This document shows, one piece after another, positions 38,085-47,825 of a stretch of 64,000 nt of DNA. Positions within the stretch are counted from its first letter, which is position 1; the number at the start of each line of letters is the position of its first letter. The stretch lies in assembly GCA_015655335.1 (NCBI GenBank), contig JAATFF010000120.1, positions 385 to 64,384 on the forward strand. Direction: 5' to 3'. The position numbers and the translations under genes were made by a program. This DNA is from Lysobacterales bacterium (lineage in GTDB: Bacteria > Pseudomonadota > Gammaproteobacteria > Xanthomonadales > Rhodanobacteraceae). Under the pieces are notes generated by a model. That model saw only the letters and a list, made by a program, of their open reading frames with translations, had not been told where the DNA came from and made no database searches.

Positions 38085-38777
38085 TCAACCTTCAGACTGA
38101 CGAAGCGCGTCGACAATGATGTTCTCGACGAACTGCGGCGCAGTGACACTTGGCAGGTGATCGACAGGGTGCGAGACCACGCGAGCCTTCATGCGCGCTG
38201 CCATGAAACGCTGCGTTTTCTCGGGAATCATGTGATCGTGCTCCGCGACGAGATACCAGGTGGGCACGGTCTTCCATAGCGGTTGTTCGACCGGAACGGT
38301 GATGCACGCCGGCGAAATGGGAAGCTGGGTTGCTGCGAGTTCGCTCTGCTCCCGCTTCGTCGCATGTTGCGCAAACGCCGTGGCGAACGCTTCCTTCGGC
38401 AATCGAATCCACCCGTCGCTGCCGGGCGCGAGCTTCGGCGCCTTCTCGTCGTGCTCGTAGCGATAGAAAACGTCCGCCACCGTTTCGCCCTGATCGGGCG
38501 CCAAAGCGGTGATGTAGACCAGCGCTTTCACCTTATCGCTACGCGTCGCAGCGATGACGGCCCCGGCATACGCATGGCCCACCAGAACCACCGGGCCATC
38601 GATCCGCTCCAGGACTCGGTCCAGTGCTGCCACGTCATCGTAAAAGGAAGACAAGGGCAGCCGGAAAGTAACTGTCTTAATGGACTTAGTCTGGAGTAGA
38701 TCGACCACCTTGCTCCAGCTCGACTCGTCCGCCCAAGCGCCATGGGCAAGGACTACGGTCATGGCATTCATCTTCAT
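38085..38777 (-). CDS. Alpha/beta hydrolase (Abhydrolase_6)
   Basis: VVLAHGAWAD.SSW, LVGHAYAG (Ala where a Ser nucleophile is usual), D.MIP...QRFMA.RM, DH.P. Confidence 0.85.
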   Translation of the reverse strand: MKMNAMTVVLAHGAWADESSWSKVVDLLQTKSIKTVTFRLPLSSFYDDVAALDRVLERIDGPVVLVGHAYAGAVIAATRSDKVKALVYITALAPDQGETVADVFYRYEHDEKAPKLAPGSDGWIRLPKEAFATAFAQHATKREQSELAATQLPISPACITVPVEQPLWKTVPTWYLVAEHDHMIPEKTQRFMAARMKARVVSHPVDHLPSVTAPQFVENIIVDALRQSEG

Positions 38778-38838
38778 CTTTCTAAGTCTCCCAGGCGGTT
38801 TGCGGATGAGCCGGGAGGCGGCAAGGGTTGAAATAGAA

Positions 38839-38910
38839 GTAACCGCCTCAACGTTGATTTGGAGGTTATTCCGAGAAAGGTAACTTGTCAATAGCCGATA
38901 AGGGGGTTAC
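38839..38910. promoter_or_regulatory. Two GTAAC-N21-GTTA inverted-repeat boxes (putative CGNR operator)
   Basis: GTAACC-N19-GGTTAT (38839-38869) and GTAACT-N19-GGTTAC (38880-38910) in a divergent promoter region. Confidence 0.6.
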
Positions 38911-38931
38911 TTTGACTCCAGGAGACAACCC

Positions 38932-39573
38932 ATGACACAGCCGATTCCCGCCCTTTTCCTGGCCGACTCACTCGGCCTGGACTTCCTCAATTCGATCGCC
39001 ACGCCGGTGGACGTTCCCGTCGATTGGCTCGATGACGGAGAGGGCCTCTTGAGCTGGCTTCAGCAGGCGCACCTGGTGCCGGACGAAGTCGTCGGCTCGA
39101 TACGCGAGCGCGCCATTCCGGGCGAAATCGACCGCATCGCGAGCCAGGCCCGAACGCTCAGAGAATGGTTTCGCACGTTCGTTCGCGGACACAGAGGCCG
39201 GCCACTGAAGCCCGCGGATCTCGGTGAGCTGGAACCGCTCAATCAGTTGTTGAAACGCGATGATGGATACAGCGCGATCGTTGCGCGTGAGTCCGACGAA
39301 TCTTCCCGCCTGCATTTGATCCGCACGCGACGTTGGGCATCGCCCGAAGCGCTGTTGCTACCCATCGCCGAATCGATGGCGCGGCTGATCTGCGATGAGG
39401 ATTTCTCGTACGTGAAAGCCTGCGAAGGACCGGCGTGCACCATGCTTTTTGCCGATCACACGCGAGGACACGCGCGCCGATGGTGCAGCATGGCCATCTG
39501 TGGCAATCGTGCAAAACAAGCCGCTCACCGGCGTCGCCTCAAGCCAGCGGGGCATGATCAACACCATGCTTAA
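38932..39573 (+). CDS. ABATE/CGNR zinc-finger transcriptional regulator
   Basis: LGLDFLNS at the N-terminus; C....C...F.D.TR...RRWCSM..CGNRAK. Confidence 0.92.
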   Translation: MTQPIPALFLADSLGLDFLNSIATPVDVPVDWLDDGEGLLSWLQQAHLVPDEVVGSIRERAIPGEIDRIASQARTLREWFRTFVRGHRGRPLKPADLGELEPLNQLLKRDDGYSAIVARESDESSRLHLIRTRRWASPEALLLPIAESMARLICDEDFSYVKACEGPACTMLFADHTRGHARRWCSMAICGNRAKQAAHRRRLKPAGHDQHHA

Positions 39574-39685
39574 GCGATGGTTTTTTGCTGCGTCGGCGAT
39601 ACTTGCGTAAGCGTGCAGATAGCCATCCCTCTTGTGGGGGATGAAGTCGCGACTAAACTAGCGAAAACAAAGAGAGGAGTGGGAC

Positions 39686-40615
39686 GTGTCCGCAATTCCA
39701 CAGCCGGTTGTGACGAAGCTTACGCGTGCCGCCATTTTTCTCGTCATTACGCTGAATCCGGAACCTGAGCATCATGAAACCGTACGGGCGCTTTGTAGCG
39801 ACCTGGCGGGACTTCTGCGTGCAGTGGGCTTTCGCGATCTCGAGGGGCGATTATCGTGCGTGATGGGTTTCGGTTCCGAAGCCTGGGATCGGCTCTTCGG
39901 ACAGCCGAGGCCGAAGAATCTGCATCCATTCCAGGAAATCCAGGGCCAGCACCACGCCGTTTCCACGCCAGGAGACATTCTTCTCCATATTCGCGCGACG
40001 CGCATGGATCTGTGCTTCGAACTCGCCACGCATATCATGTCTCGCCTCGGCAACGCCGTTGCAACGGCCGATGAAGTGCACGGCTTCAGTTACTACGACG
40101 ACCGCGACCTGATCGGATTCGTCGACGGCACGGAGAATCCCGTCGACCAGGCCGCTATCAATGCTGCAATCATCGGCAACGAAGACCCGCTCTTCAGCGG
40201 CGGAAGCTACGTGATCGTGCAGAAATATCTCCACGACCTAAAAGGCTGGAACGCGGTCCCCGTGGAGCAGCAGGAGAAGATCGTCGGACGGACCAAGCTC
40301 GCCGATATCGAACTGGACGATGCCGCAAAGCCGAGCTACGCACACAACGCCCTGACGACGATCGTAGAAAACGGCGAGCAACTGGAAATCGTGCGCGACA
40401 ACATGCCCTTCGGCGACGTCGGCAAAGGCGAATTCGGCACCTATTTCATCGGCTACGCGCGATCGCCGCGACGCATTGAACAGATGCTCCACAACATGTT
40501 CGTCGGTCGACCCCCAGGCAACTACGATCGCCTGCTCGATTACAGCAAATCGGTTACAGGGACGCTGTTCTTCGTGCCATCTGCAACATTCCTGGAGAAT
40601 GTTGCTAACGGATAA
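39686..40615 (+). CDS. Dyp-type peroxidase (class B/P)
   Basis: GFVDGTENP (GxxDG), QKYLHD, AH, IVRDNMPFG, DRLLDYS. Confidence 0.92.
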   Translation: MSAIPQPVVTKLTRAAIFLVITLNPEPEHHETVRALCSDLAGLLRAVGFRDLEGRLSCVMGFGSEAWDRLFGQPRPKNLHPFQEIQGQHHAVSTPGDILLHIRATRMDLCFELATHIMSRLGNAVATADEVHGFSYYDDRDLIGFVDGTENPVDQAAINAAIIGNEDPLFSGGSYVIVQKYLHDLKGWNAVPVEQQEKIVGRTKLADIELDDAAKPSYAHNALTTIVENGEQLEIVRDNMPFGDVGKGEFGTYFIGYARSPRRIEQMLHNMFVGRPPGNYDRLLDYSKSVTGTLFFVPSATFLENVANG

Positions 40616-40886
40616 AGGGGCGCAACCCGCCAATGCGCTTCGCACCGATTGGATGCAAGAGGTGGCCAATTCGCTATAGCTAAAGAGCGTCCGCCATCCA
40701 GAGCAGGCGTTCGAAGCCGTGCATTTAATATCCGGGATTGCGGTGTCCTGTTAGACGTACAGGCGATGAGTAGCGCGCCTTCCCATCAACGGATCGAGAC
40801 GGTCGTCCGGCGCTAGCTAAAGGTGTATAACCGGACGTGCATGTCTATCTGTTAAGTAGTTAGCCCTCACACATGGTGCGACCGCT

Positions 40887-41054
40887 ATGAAACATCTCGT
40901 CACGTTGCTTTTCTTCGTCGGTGCTATCGCCGCCTACATCGTGGGCAGCATGCCGGGAGCGACTTTGCTCTTGGCCATTGGCGTCGTCTTGGAGTTGATG
41001 GGTTGGTATCGGGTTTTTCGCGGCAAGAAGCATCCGCCTATCCCGACGCACTAG
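40887..41054 (+). CDS. Small two-TM membrane protein (55 aa; below the ORF-track cutoff)
   Basis: MKHLVTLLFFVGAIAAYIVGSMPGATLLLAIGVVLELMGWYRVFRGKKHPPIPTH: two TM helices and a basic tail. Confidence 0.55.
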   Translation: MKHLVTLLFFVGAIAAYIVGSMPGATLLLAIGVVLELMGWYRVFRGKKHPPIPTH

Positions 41055-41121
41055 CGCATTGCGTTTGGCTTAGGCACCGAGCTGCTTTGAAAAGGATTTC
41101 CACTTGGCGATCAGGACAAAC

Positions 41122-41676
41122 ATGAACAGTGGTGTTCGCCGACCTCAAGTGTGTGTGTTGGGAAGCGCAGAGCCAGGGTCCAAGGCATACGATCTGGCTG
41201 GAGAGGCCGGGGAACTGCTTGCTCGTTTAGGCATTACCGTGATCAGTGGCTGCGGCAGCCCTGCCACGCGCATCGCCGCGCAGCGCGCTCAGGCTGCTGG
41301 CGGAGTCGTCGTTAGCATCATCACCAGCGCCGACATGCCCGCGCCGGACTGGCCGGCGACAGTCGTCATACCTTGCGGAATGGGCGATGCAAGAAATCTG
41401 ATGATGGCGCTCGCGGGTGACGCGTGCATTGTCATCGGGGGTCGTGCCGGCACTATCTCGGAAGTGTGTCTTGCGTGGCTGCATCACCGGCCACTGTTGC
41501 CTCTTGTGGGTTGCGGCGGGTGGTCCGATGGATTGCTCCAGAATCCTCCAGACGAAAGGCAAAATTCACCGATTTTGCCGTGGGATTCTGTCGAGGCTCT
41601 TAAGAGCCAACTCAGCGCGCTTGGCTTGTTCGAAGCGCATCGTGGTTCGAAGACGAGTTCAACGAACGCGACCTGA
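41122..41676 (+). CDS. SLOG/LOG (TIGR00725-like) family protein
   Basis: GELLA..G..VISG, GMGDARN, IGGRAGTISEV. RBS AGGA. Confidence 0.75.
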   Translation: MNSGVRRPQVCVLGSAEPGSKAYDLAGEAGELLARLGITVISGCGSPATRIAAQRAQAAGGVVVSIITSADMPAPDWPATVVIPCGMGDARNLMMALAGDACIVIGGRAGTISEVCLAWLHHRPLLPLVGCGGWSDGLLQNPPDERQNSPILPWDSVEALKSQLSALGLFEAHRGSKTSSTNAT

Positions 41677-41739
41677 TTCTTTCGTGAAACGGATGTGCTT
41701 TTGAACACCCGTTCCCTTCAACCGTTGAATACCTGAGCG

Positions 41740-44676
41740 TCAGGTGGTTTCCCATTGTTCGCCGGCGACGACGACGCGGTTGCGTCCGGCAGTCTTGGCC
41801 ATGTAAAGCGCGGCGTCGGCGCGTCGAATTAAGTCGAAGCCATTGTAATCTTGCGGGCGCAGCCACGCGACGCCAATCGAGCACGTCACTTCAACGTGCG
41901 CGCCGTCGCCGCCAAAAGGACTTTTGGCGATGAACGTGCGTAATGCGTCGAAGGGTGAGGGATCATTGGTAACGGCATGGGGCACCACGGCCAGGATCTC
42001 TTCGCCACCGTAGCGGCCTAGCGTAGCGCCGGCCGGAAGTGCGTCGCGCAGTCGCATGGACGCTTCGATCAGCACCGCATCGCCAGCGAGGTGGCCGTAG
42101 TGGTCGTTGATGCGTTTGAAGTGGTCGAAGTCGATCAACGCCACCGCCAACGGATGTTGATGTTCCCGCGCGTCGGCGATTGCCAGGGACAACGCATCCA
42201 GCACGCGAGAGCGGTTGGGCAATCCGGTAAGTGCGTCGTGCGTGGCCTGCTGCCATAACGCGGCGCGTGCTTCCTCCAGGGCTTGCTTGTCTACTTCCAA
42301 CTCGCGTGTGCGCAACGCCACGAGATGTTCGAGTGTGCGTGCGCGTGCACGCAGCTGTCGTGTGCGCAGCAGCCACAGCAGCATGATGCCCAGTGCGAGC
42401 AGCACGATGCCGCCGAACACCGCGGCCGGTCGCCGCCACCACGGTGGCACGACGCGCAAAGGCCATGGCACGATGGGTGAAAGTTGCCGGCTATCCGGAT
42501 CGTAGACCGCCACCTCGAACGTGAAGTCGCCGGGTGGCAGCGGCGGATAATCGACCTGTGGCCGATCCGAGTTCACCCAGTCGCGTTCCAGCCCCCGCAG
42601 TCGATAACGATATTGCAGGGTGTGACGTGTGGGTGCACCCAATGCCGCCAGCCGCAGGGTCAAGGGTTGATCGGGTGCATAGCCGAAGCGGTGTGTGGAG
42701 GTTGGCGCTTGCAACACACCGCCGTGATTGACTTCGGTGATCACCACTTCCAACGGATCGAGCGTTGCCAGCGAAGCAGGGCGCAAGATGTGCGAGATAC
42801 CGTTGCTGGTGCCGATCCACACTGAGCCGTCGTTATCCTCGAAGAACGCGCCCTCGCCGATGTCGTTCCAGATCAACCCGTCGTCCTGGGTGAGACGGCG
42901 CCAGCGCTGGCCGTTGTAGAGCTCCACACCATCGGTGCCGCCGATCCACAGCCAGCCGCGACGGTCATGGCGGATGAAATAGACGCGGGTGTCGTCGAGC
43001 AGCTCATCGGTCACGTGTTGTACGGCCACGGTGTCGCTGTTACCCGCTCGGCCATGCCATAGGCCGTCGAAATTGCCGGACAGATAAAGACCGCCTTCAG
43101 GCAGTACATCGAGGTGCGTGAAGTTCTGGCTGGATGGGGCGCCGGTGACGCGAATGCGTGTCCAGTGACTGCGGTCGAAGCGGAACAAACCACCCTCGCC
43201 GGCGAACCACAGTCGGCCCTGTGCATCTTCTTTTGCATCGCTGAACACGCTATCGGGAACCACACCCTCGCCGGCGCGTTGCAATGTATGGCCATCGTAG
43301 ACGTAGAGTCCGCGCTCAGTGCAGAGCCATACCAACCCGCGGCTGTCGACCAGCATGTCGTGAATATAGGCGGGCGAATGCGCCACTTCTTCGGTGGTGC
43401 CCTGGCTGGCGTGATAACGCAGCAGTTCGCCCGAATAATACGAGGCCAGCATGTCGCCATTGGGTAACGCGTGCAGCGCGGTGGTTTCCTGTGCGAGCGA
43501 CGGTGCCTTCAAGGGCCAAGGCGCAAGGCGCGTGGCGTTGGGTGCGAGCACGCTACCGCCTAGTTCATCGCCAACCCATAAAGTTCCGTTACTGGCGCGT
43601 GTGATGGCCCAGGTCGGGCTGCTGTCCAAGCCTTGTGCAATCCGCCAGCTCTGGATCTTGTCGTAGCCACGCCACTGCAGCACACCGCGTCCGTACGTAC
43701 CTATCCACAACACGTGACTGCGGTCGTACAGCAATGCGTCGATGCCAATGCTGGGCAAACCGTTGCCGGCATCGAAAATGCGCCAGCCATGATTGTCCCA
43801 GCGCGCCAAGCCGTCGTCAGCGCGAGTAAGTACGCGCCCCTGGCTGTCTTCGATCATGTCGAGAAAAGCCGTGACCACGCGCGCGTTCGGCAGATCGTGA
43901 TTGGCGAACACGGCGCTGCCGGGAGCTAGCGCGCGGATGTAATGCGGACTGCGCGCCCACAGCGTGCCATCGCGCGCGAGAAGATAAGACGTCCAAGTGT
44001 CTGCAGGGATGCCTTCGCGCTCGCCCCACACGTGCAGCTGTTCACCGCTCAGCTGGCATAGCGATTTACCGCAGCCGAACCACAACGCATGCCCATCGGC
44101 AAAGACACTGCCGACATCCGCGAGCTCTTGCGCCGCGCGCAACATGGTTGCATCGAAGCGCGGGCGCGCACGCCATCCCGTGCCGGCCAGTTCGATCAGC
44201 CACAAGCGATGTTGGCTTATCGCGTACAAGCGGCCGTCCAGATCGGTGAGCGTGGCGCCCGGATCGATCGGCAGCGGTTGCGCGGTCACGGACGCAAAGC
44301 GCCAGCCGTCGCCCACATAGAGTCCGGTTCGCGTGCCTATCCACAAACGACCGGCGCTATCTTCATGCGCTGCCGAAATGTAACTGCCGCCCAGTCCGTT
44401 CGCAGCACCGATGCGCTGGAAGGCGTGACCATCAAAACGGAACAGGCCGTTTTCCGTGCAGGTGTAGACGAAGCCGCGGCGATCCTGCAGCAAGCAGTTG
44501 TCTTCCAGGCTACCCAGGCCCTGCAGTTGGGTGAACGCAGTGAGGCTGATGGCCTGACCGTAGGCACGCGTCGCCGCGCTCAGGACGATGACCCAAGCGA
44601 GCATTGCACCCGCTGCACGCCAGCGGCGTCGATGCCGCGCGGAGCCGCTCGCTCTATCGTCCGACCTTGCTTTCAA
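41740..44676 (-). CDS. Diguanylate cyclase with beta-propeller ligand-binding region and Y_Y_Y domain
   Basis: Repeated D..G.LW.GT propeller blades, YRYRL.GL...W, TM helix, HDALTGLPNR, D.DHFK.IND.YGH..GD, RYGGEE. Confidence 0.92.
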   Translation of the reverse strand: MKARSDDRASGSARHRRRWRAAGAMLAWVIVLSAATRAYGQAISLTAFTQLQGLGSLEDNCLLQDRRGFVYTCTENGLFRFDGHAFQRIGAANGLGGSYISAAHEDSAGRLWIGTRTGLYVGDGWRFASVTAQPLPIDPGATLTDLDGRLYAISQHRLWLIELAGTGWRARPRFDATMLRAAQELADVGSVFADGHALWFGCGKSLCQLSGEQLHVWGEREGIPADTWTSYLLARDGTLWARSPHYIRALAPGSAVFANHDLPNARVVTAFLDMIEDSQGRVLTRADDGLARWDNHGWRIFDAGNGLPSIGIDALLYDRSHVLWIGTYGRGVLQWRGYDKIQSWRIAQGLDSSPTWAITRASNGTLWVGDELGGSVLAPNATRLAPWPLKAPSLAQETTALHALPNGDMLASYYSGELLRYHASQGTTEEVAHSPAYIHDMLVDSRGLVWLCTERGLYVYDGHTLQRAGEGVVPDSVFSDAKEDAQGRLWFAGEGGLFRFDRSHWTRIRVTGAPSSQNFTHLDVLPEGGLYLSGNFDGLWHGRAGNSDTVAVQHVTDELLDDTRVYFIRHDRRGWLWIGGTDGVELYNGQRWRRLTQDDGLIWNDIGEGAFFEDNDGSVWIGTSNGISHILRPASLATLDPLEVVITEVNHGGVLQAPTSTHRFGYAPDQPLTLRLAALGAPTRHTLQYRYRLRGLERDWVNSDRPQVDYPPLPPGDFTFEVAVYDPDSRQLSPIVPWPLRVVPPWWRRPAAVFGGIVLLALGIMLLWLLRTRQLRARARTLEHLVALRTRELEVDKQALEEARAALWQQATHDALTGLPNRSRVLDALSLAIADAREHQHPLAVALIDFDHFKRINDHYGHLAGDAVLIEASMRLRDALPAGATLGRYGGEEILAVVPHAVTNDPSPFDALRTFIAKSPFGGDGAHVEVTCSIGVAWLRPQDYNGFDLIRRADAALYMAKTAGRNRVVVAGEQWETT

Positions 44677-44785
44677 CGCCTCATGGCCCTCGTTCGCTGC
44701 TCGCTCGCCATCCGAGCATCTCTGCCGTTATGCAACCGTGCACAGCAGGCGGATCTGGGTCAAACAATAGCGCAGGATCGGCCGA

Positions 44786-45790
44786 TTAGCGTTTTGCGGA
44801 CGCCGATGGGGCGGTGATCGTGGGCAAGGCGTGAAATTCAATCAGAAGTCCGAGGTCGTCTTGCGTGGGGGCCAGGAAGGAATCGCCCAGTGAGCCCTGG
44901 TAGCGCGCGAGGTCTTTTTCGTATCCGCGTTCGACCCATCTTTTTGCCCTATCGAAATCGGCAACACCGATGCTGATGCCGAGTACCTGAGGGCCGCCTT
45001 TGCGCAACGCGTCGGCGGCAAGCCCCGGGCCGTCCGGCTGAAGCACGAAGATACGCTTCAGGCCGGCCGGCACCCAATATCCCTGGGCCGAGATTTGCGG
45101 AATCCGAACAGGCGCTCCGCCCGTGAATCCCATCCGCTGGAACTGTTTGCGATCCGCATCGGCGTTCGACGAGAGAAGCCACACCGCCGACAATTCGCGC
45201 GCGCTGTTGGGATGTGTACGCGCAATCTCATTGTCCGCCATGCGGGCCGGCGTAACGTCGACAGATGCGTAGTCGATGAAGAACAGATTGCTCGAGAGCG
45301 GCGGGCGTTCGAATGCGAAAAGACGCCAGCGGGGAGGCCTGGAAGGTCCGCCACCGTCAGGATCCATGGGCGAGGCCGAGAAGATGGCCGTTGGACTCAA
45401 ACCGTCGCGTTGCAGAAGTATGCGCACTTGATCGAGCGCCGAGGAACGAAGGCCAAAGGTTCGAGATCCAACGCCACCGCGCAACATCGCTTGATCTGCA
45501 CGCATGCCCGGATCCATGTCCGGGTTCGGTCGCGTGATGCTTTCCAATTCCAGATAGCTGCCATCGGACATCCGAACATAGCGATTGGCCACGCCACCGG
45601 GATTCCGCCCCGGCCTGACCTGAAACCCGAGTTTGACCGCCAAAATCGCGGTGACCTGATCGATATTGCGGCCCCACAGCAAGATATGGTCGAGCGAACT
45701 CGTCTCTGCGGAAGGTTCTGTCGCGCTTGCGGCAGATTGACCAAAGCCAAGGGGCCAAATCAGTGCGAACAACAGAATCGCGGATCGCAT
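44786..45790 (-). CDS. Secreted VOC (glyoxalase_3-like) family protein
   Basis: Signal peptide, LDH....., LGF...PG..PGG.AN, YLELE, FFIDY. Confidence 0.7.
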   Translation of the reverse strand: MRSAILLFALIWPLGFGQSAASATEPSAETSSLDHILLWGRNIDQVTAILAVKLGFQVRPGRNPGGVANRYVRMSDGSYLELESITRPNPDMDPGMRADQAMLRGGVGSRTFGLRSSALDQVRILLQRDGLSPTAIFSASPMDPDGGGPSRPPRWRLFAFERPPLSSNLFFIDYASVDVTPARMADNEIARTHPNSARELSAVWLLSSNADADRKQFQRMGFTGGAPVRIPQISAQGYWVPAGLKRIFVLQPDGPGLAADALRKGGPQVLGISIGVADFDRAKRWVERGYEKDLARYQGSLGDSFLAPTQDDLGLLIEFHALPTITAPSASAKR

Positions 45791-46002
45791 CGTGCGTTTC
45801 TCGATTGCACCTGCATGCGCTACGCCGGCCAATGGCAAAAATTGTCTGCGTCTCATCCCACGTCTCCCTGCATCGGTCTGTGCAGGTGCACATGCTGTCA
45901 GTGGCCCCGATAGCGCGCGCGCACAAAGAGCCGATGCCGAGCACACATGGATGATTTTCGGCACATGCACCGAAAATGCGTGTCGCGTAGAACGGAGAGG
46001 CG

Positions 46003-46884
46003 ATGATGGACAGACCCTCATGCTATCCAGACCCTCCTGCTGCGCTGCTGTCGGGCGCGAACGCGAGCCATTTGCCGCTGCTCGATACGTTTACCTCGCC
46101 GGTCCCCGCTGGCGTGTTCGATTCACCGCTCGACCATCGCCATGTTCTTTGCCTTCACCTGGGAACTCCCATCCCGGTCTCTTACCGAGCAGGCAACTAC
46201 GAACGGCAGGGCGTGCGGATTCATGGCCAGTTTTGCGTTGTGCCGGCGGGTGCGAGCACGCGCTGGATCGTGTCGCGTCCCGCACGATCGCTGTTGCTCC
46301 GGCTGAACCCTGCGGTCGTGCAGGAAGCCGTGGAAGCGATGGGTTTGGGCTCGCATGGAACGGAACTCGCTCCGTCGATTCACATACGCGACGCGCACAT
46401 CGAGCATATCGGCTGGATGATGCAGGCTGAAGAACGTGACGCGTATCCGAGCGGACGGTTATTTGCGGACAGCCTCGCCGCCGCGCTCGCCATGCGTCTC
46501 ATCGCGCTGCAATCGCGCCAATCCGTGTCGACTCCCAAGACCGCGCGCGCACTGCCAGCGTGGCGACTACGCCGCGTTATCGAATACATCGAGGCGCATC
46601 TGGATCGGGATCTCACACTGGCAGAACTCGCCGCGGTGGCGGGATTCAGCCTGTCGCACTTCAAGCAGCTATTTAAGCAAGCCGTGGGGATGCCGGTTCA
46701 CCGTTTTGTTCTCGAACGGCGCGTTGAGCGTGCACGCATACGCTTGCTCGAAGGCGGACGAAGCATGACGGAGATCGCTCTGGAAGCTGGCTTTGCGCAT
46801 CCCAGTCATATGGCGCGCTGCATGCGTCGCGTCGCGGGGTTGAGTCCTTCGGAACTGGCGCCGATATCGCGGCGAGACGCTTAG
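46003..46884 (+). CDS. AraC-family transcriptional regulator
   Basis: LP.WRLRRVIEYIEAHL...LTLAELAAVAG.S.SHF, IALEAGF.H.SH. Confidence 0.92.
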   Translation: MMDRPSCYPDPPAALLSGANASHLPLLDTFTSPVPAGVFDSPLDHRHVLCLHLGTPIPVSYRAGNYERQGVRIHGQFCVVPAGASTRWIVSRPARSLLLRLNPAVVQEAVEAMGLGSHGTELAPSIHIRDAHIEHIGWMMQAEERDAYPSGRLFADSLAAALAMRLIALQSRQSVSTPKTARALPAWRLRRVIEYIEAHLDRDLTLAELAAVAGFSLSHFKQLFKQAVGMPVHRFVLERRVERARIRLLEGGRSMTEIALEAGFAHPSHMARCMRRVAGLSPSELAPISRRDA

Positions 46885-47633
46885 TCGGTCTGCAATTCCG
46901 CGACGAAATCGTAGATATCGCCGCGATACCACGACGTCGTGAACTCCACGACGCGGCCGTCGTCGAGAAAGCCGCGGCGCTCGATATGCAGTCCTGCGCT
47001 GCCGGTTGTGACATGCAGCAGTCGAGCCTGGCGCGCGCCTAACAGCACCGCACGCAAGCGCTGCAACGCGCGCACGGGTCGGCAGTTGTGATGTTCCAGT
47101 GCTTCGTAAAGCGAGTCGTGCACCTCGTGCGGATCGGGCAGCACGCTGGCCGGCACCACGCTGCGCTCGATCGCCAACGGCTCGTCTTCCGCATAACGCA
47201 CGCGATGCAGCCGCGCCACCAGCACGCCGGGCGAGAGATTCAGCGCCATCGATTCTTCCGGCGTCACTTCGCCCACGCTGCGCTCGAAGAATTCGGAACG
47301 CGGATGCAGGCCGCGGGCGCGCAGGTCTTCAGTAAAACTGGTGAGCCGCGACATCGGCTTGATGATGCGTTCGGCCACAAAGGTGCCGGCGCCATGGCGC
47401 TGGGTGAGCAGGCCTTCCTCGACCAGGCCGGAAATGGCCTTGCGCACGGTCACGCGGGAAAGACCCAAAGCCTGCGATAAATCCCGTTCGCTCGGTAAGG
47501 TCTGGCCCGGCTCGATGTCGCGATGCTGGATCACATTACGGATAGCCCGGCGCAGCCGCAGGTAGGCCAGCGGCTGGTGGGTGGTCGTATCGCGGCTGAG
47601 ACGCCGGTACTCGTCGGCCAGGGCATTTTGCAT
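46881..47633 (-). CDS. GntR-family (HutC/UTRA, NagQ-like) regulator
   Basis: LPSERDL...LG.SRVTVRKA, GAGTFV, UTRA domain ending YRGD.YDF. Confidence 0.9.
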   Translation of the reverse strand: MQNALADEYRRLSRDTTTHQPLAYLRLRRAIRNVIQHRDIEPGQTLPSERDLSQALGLSRVTVRKAISGLVEEGLLTQRHGAGTFVAERIIKPMSRLTSFTEDLRARGLHPRSEFFERSVGEVTPEESMALNLSPGVLVARLHRVRYAEDEPLAIERSVVPASVLPDPHEVHDSLYEALEHHNCRPVRALQRLRAVLLGARQARLLHVTTGSAGLHIERRGFLDDGRVVEFTTSWYRGDIYDFVAELQTD

Positions 47634-47738
47634 AAGGACGGCACAATACCAATGCCGAACCACTTACACAACAGGGAGTTGCGCCCAAGTCCCGCCCGCT
47701 TAGGAAAATTTTGCATACGATTGCACTGCACAAAGGAC

Positions 47739-47766
47739 TGGTATTGCCTGGTATGTCATTGGTACG
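47739..47766 (+). promoter_or_regulatory. TGGTA direct-repeat operator (NagQ-type)
   Basis: TGGTATT, TGGTATG and TGGTACG at 10-11 bp spacing. Another TGGTATT lies on the minus strand at 47645-47651. Confidence 0.6.
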
Positions 47767-47825
47767 ATCCACATTCCCCGGCGGCCGCACCCCCGTGGCC
47801 AGCCAGCATCAGTAAGAGGTGAGTT

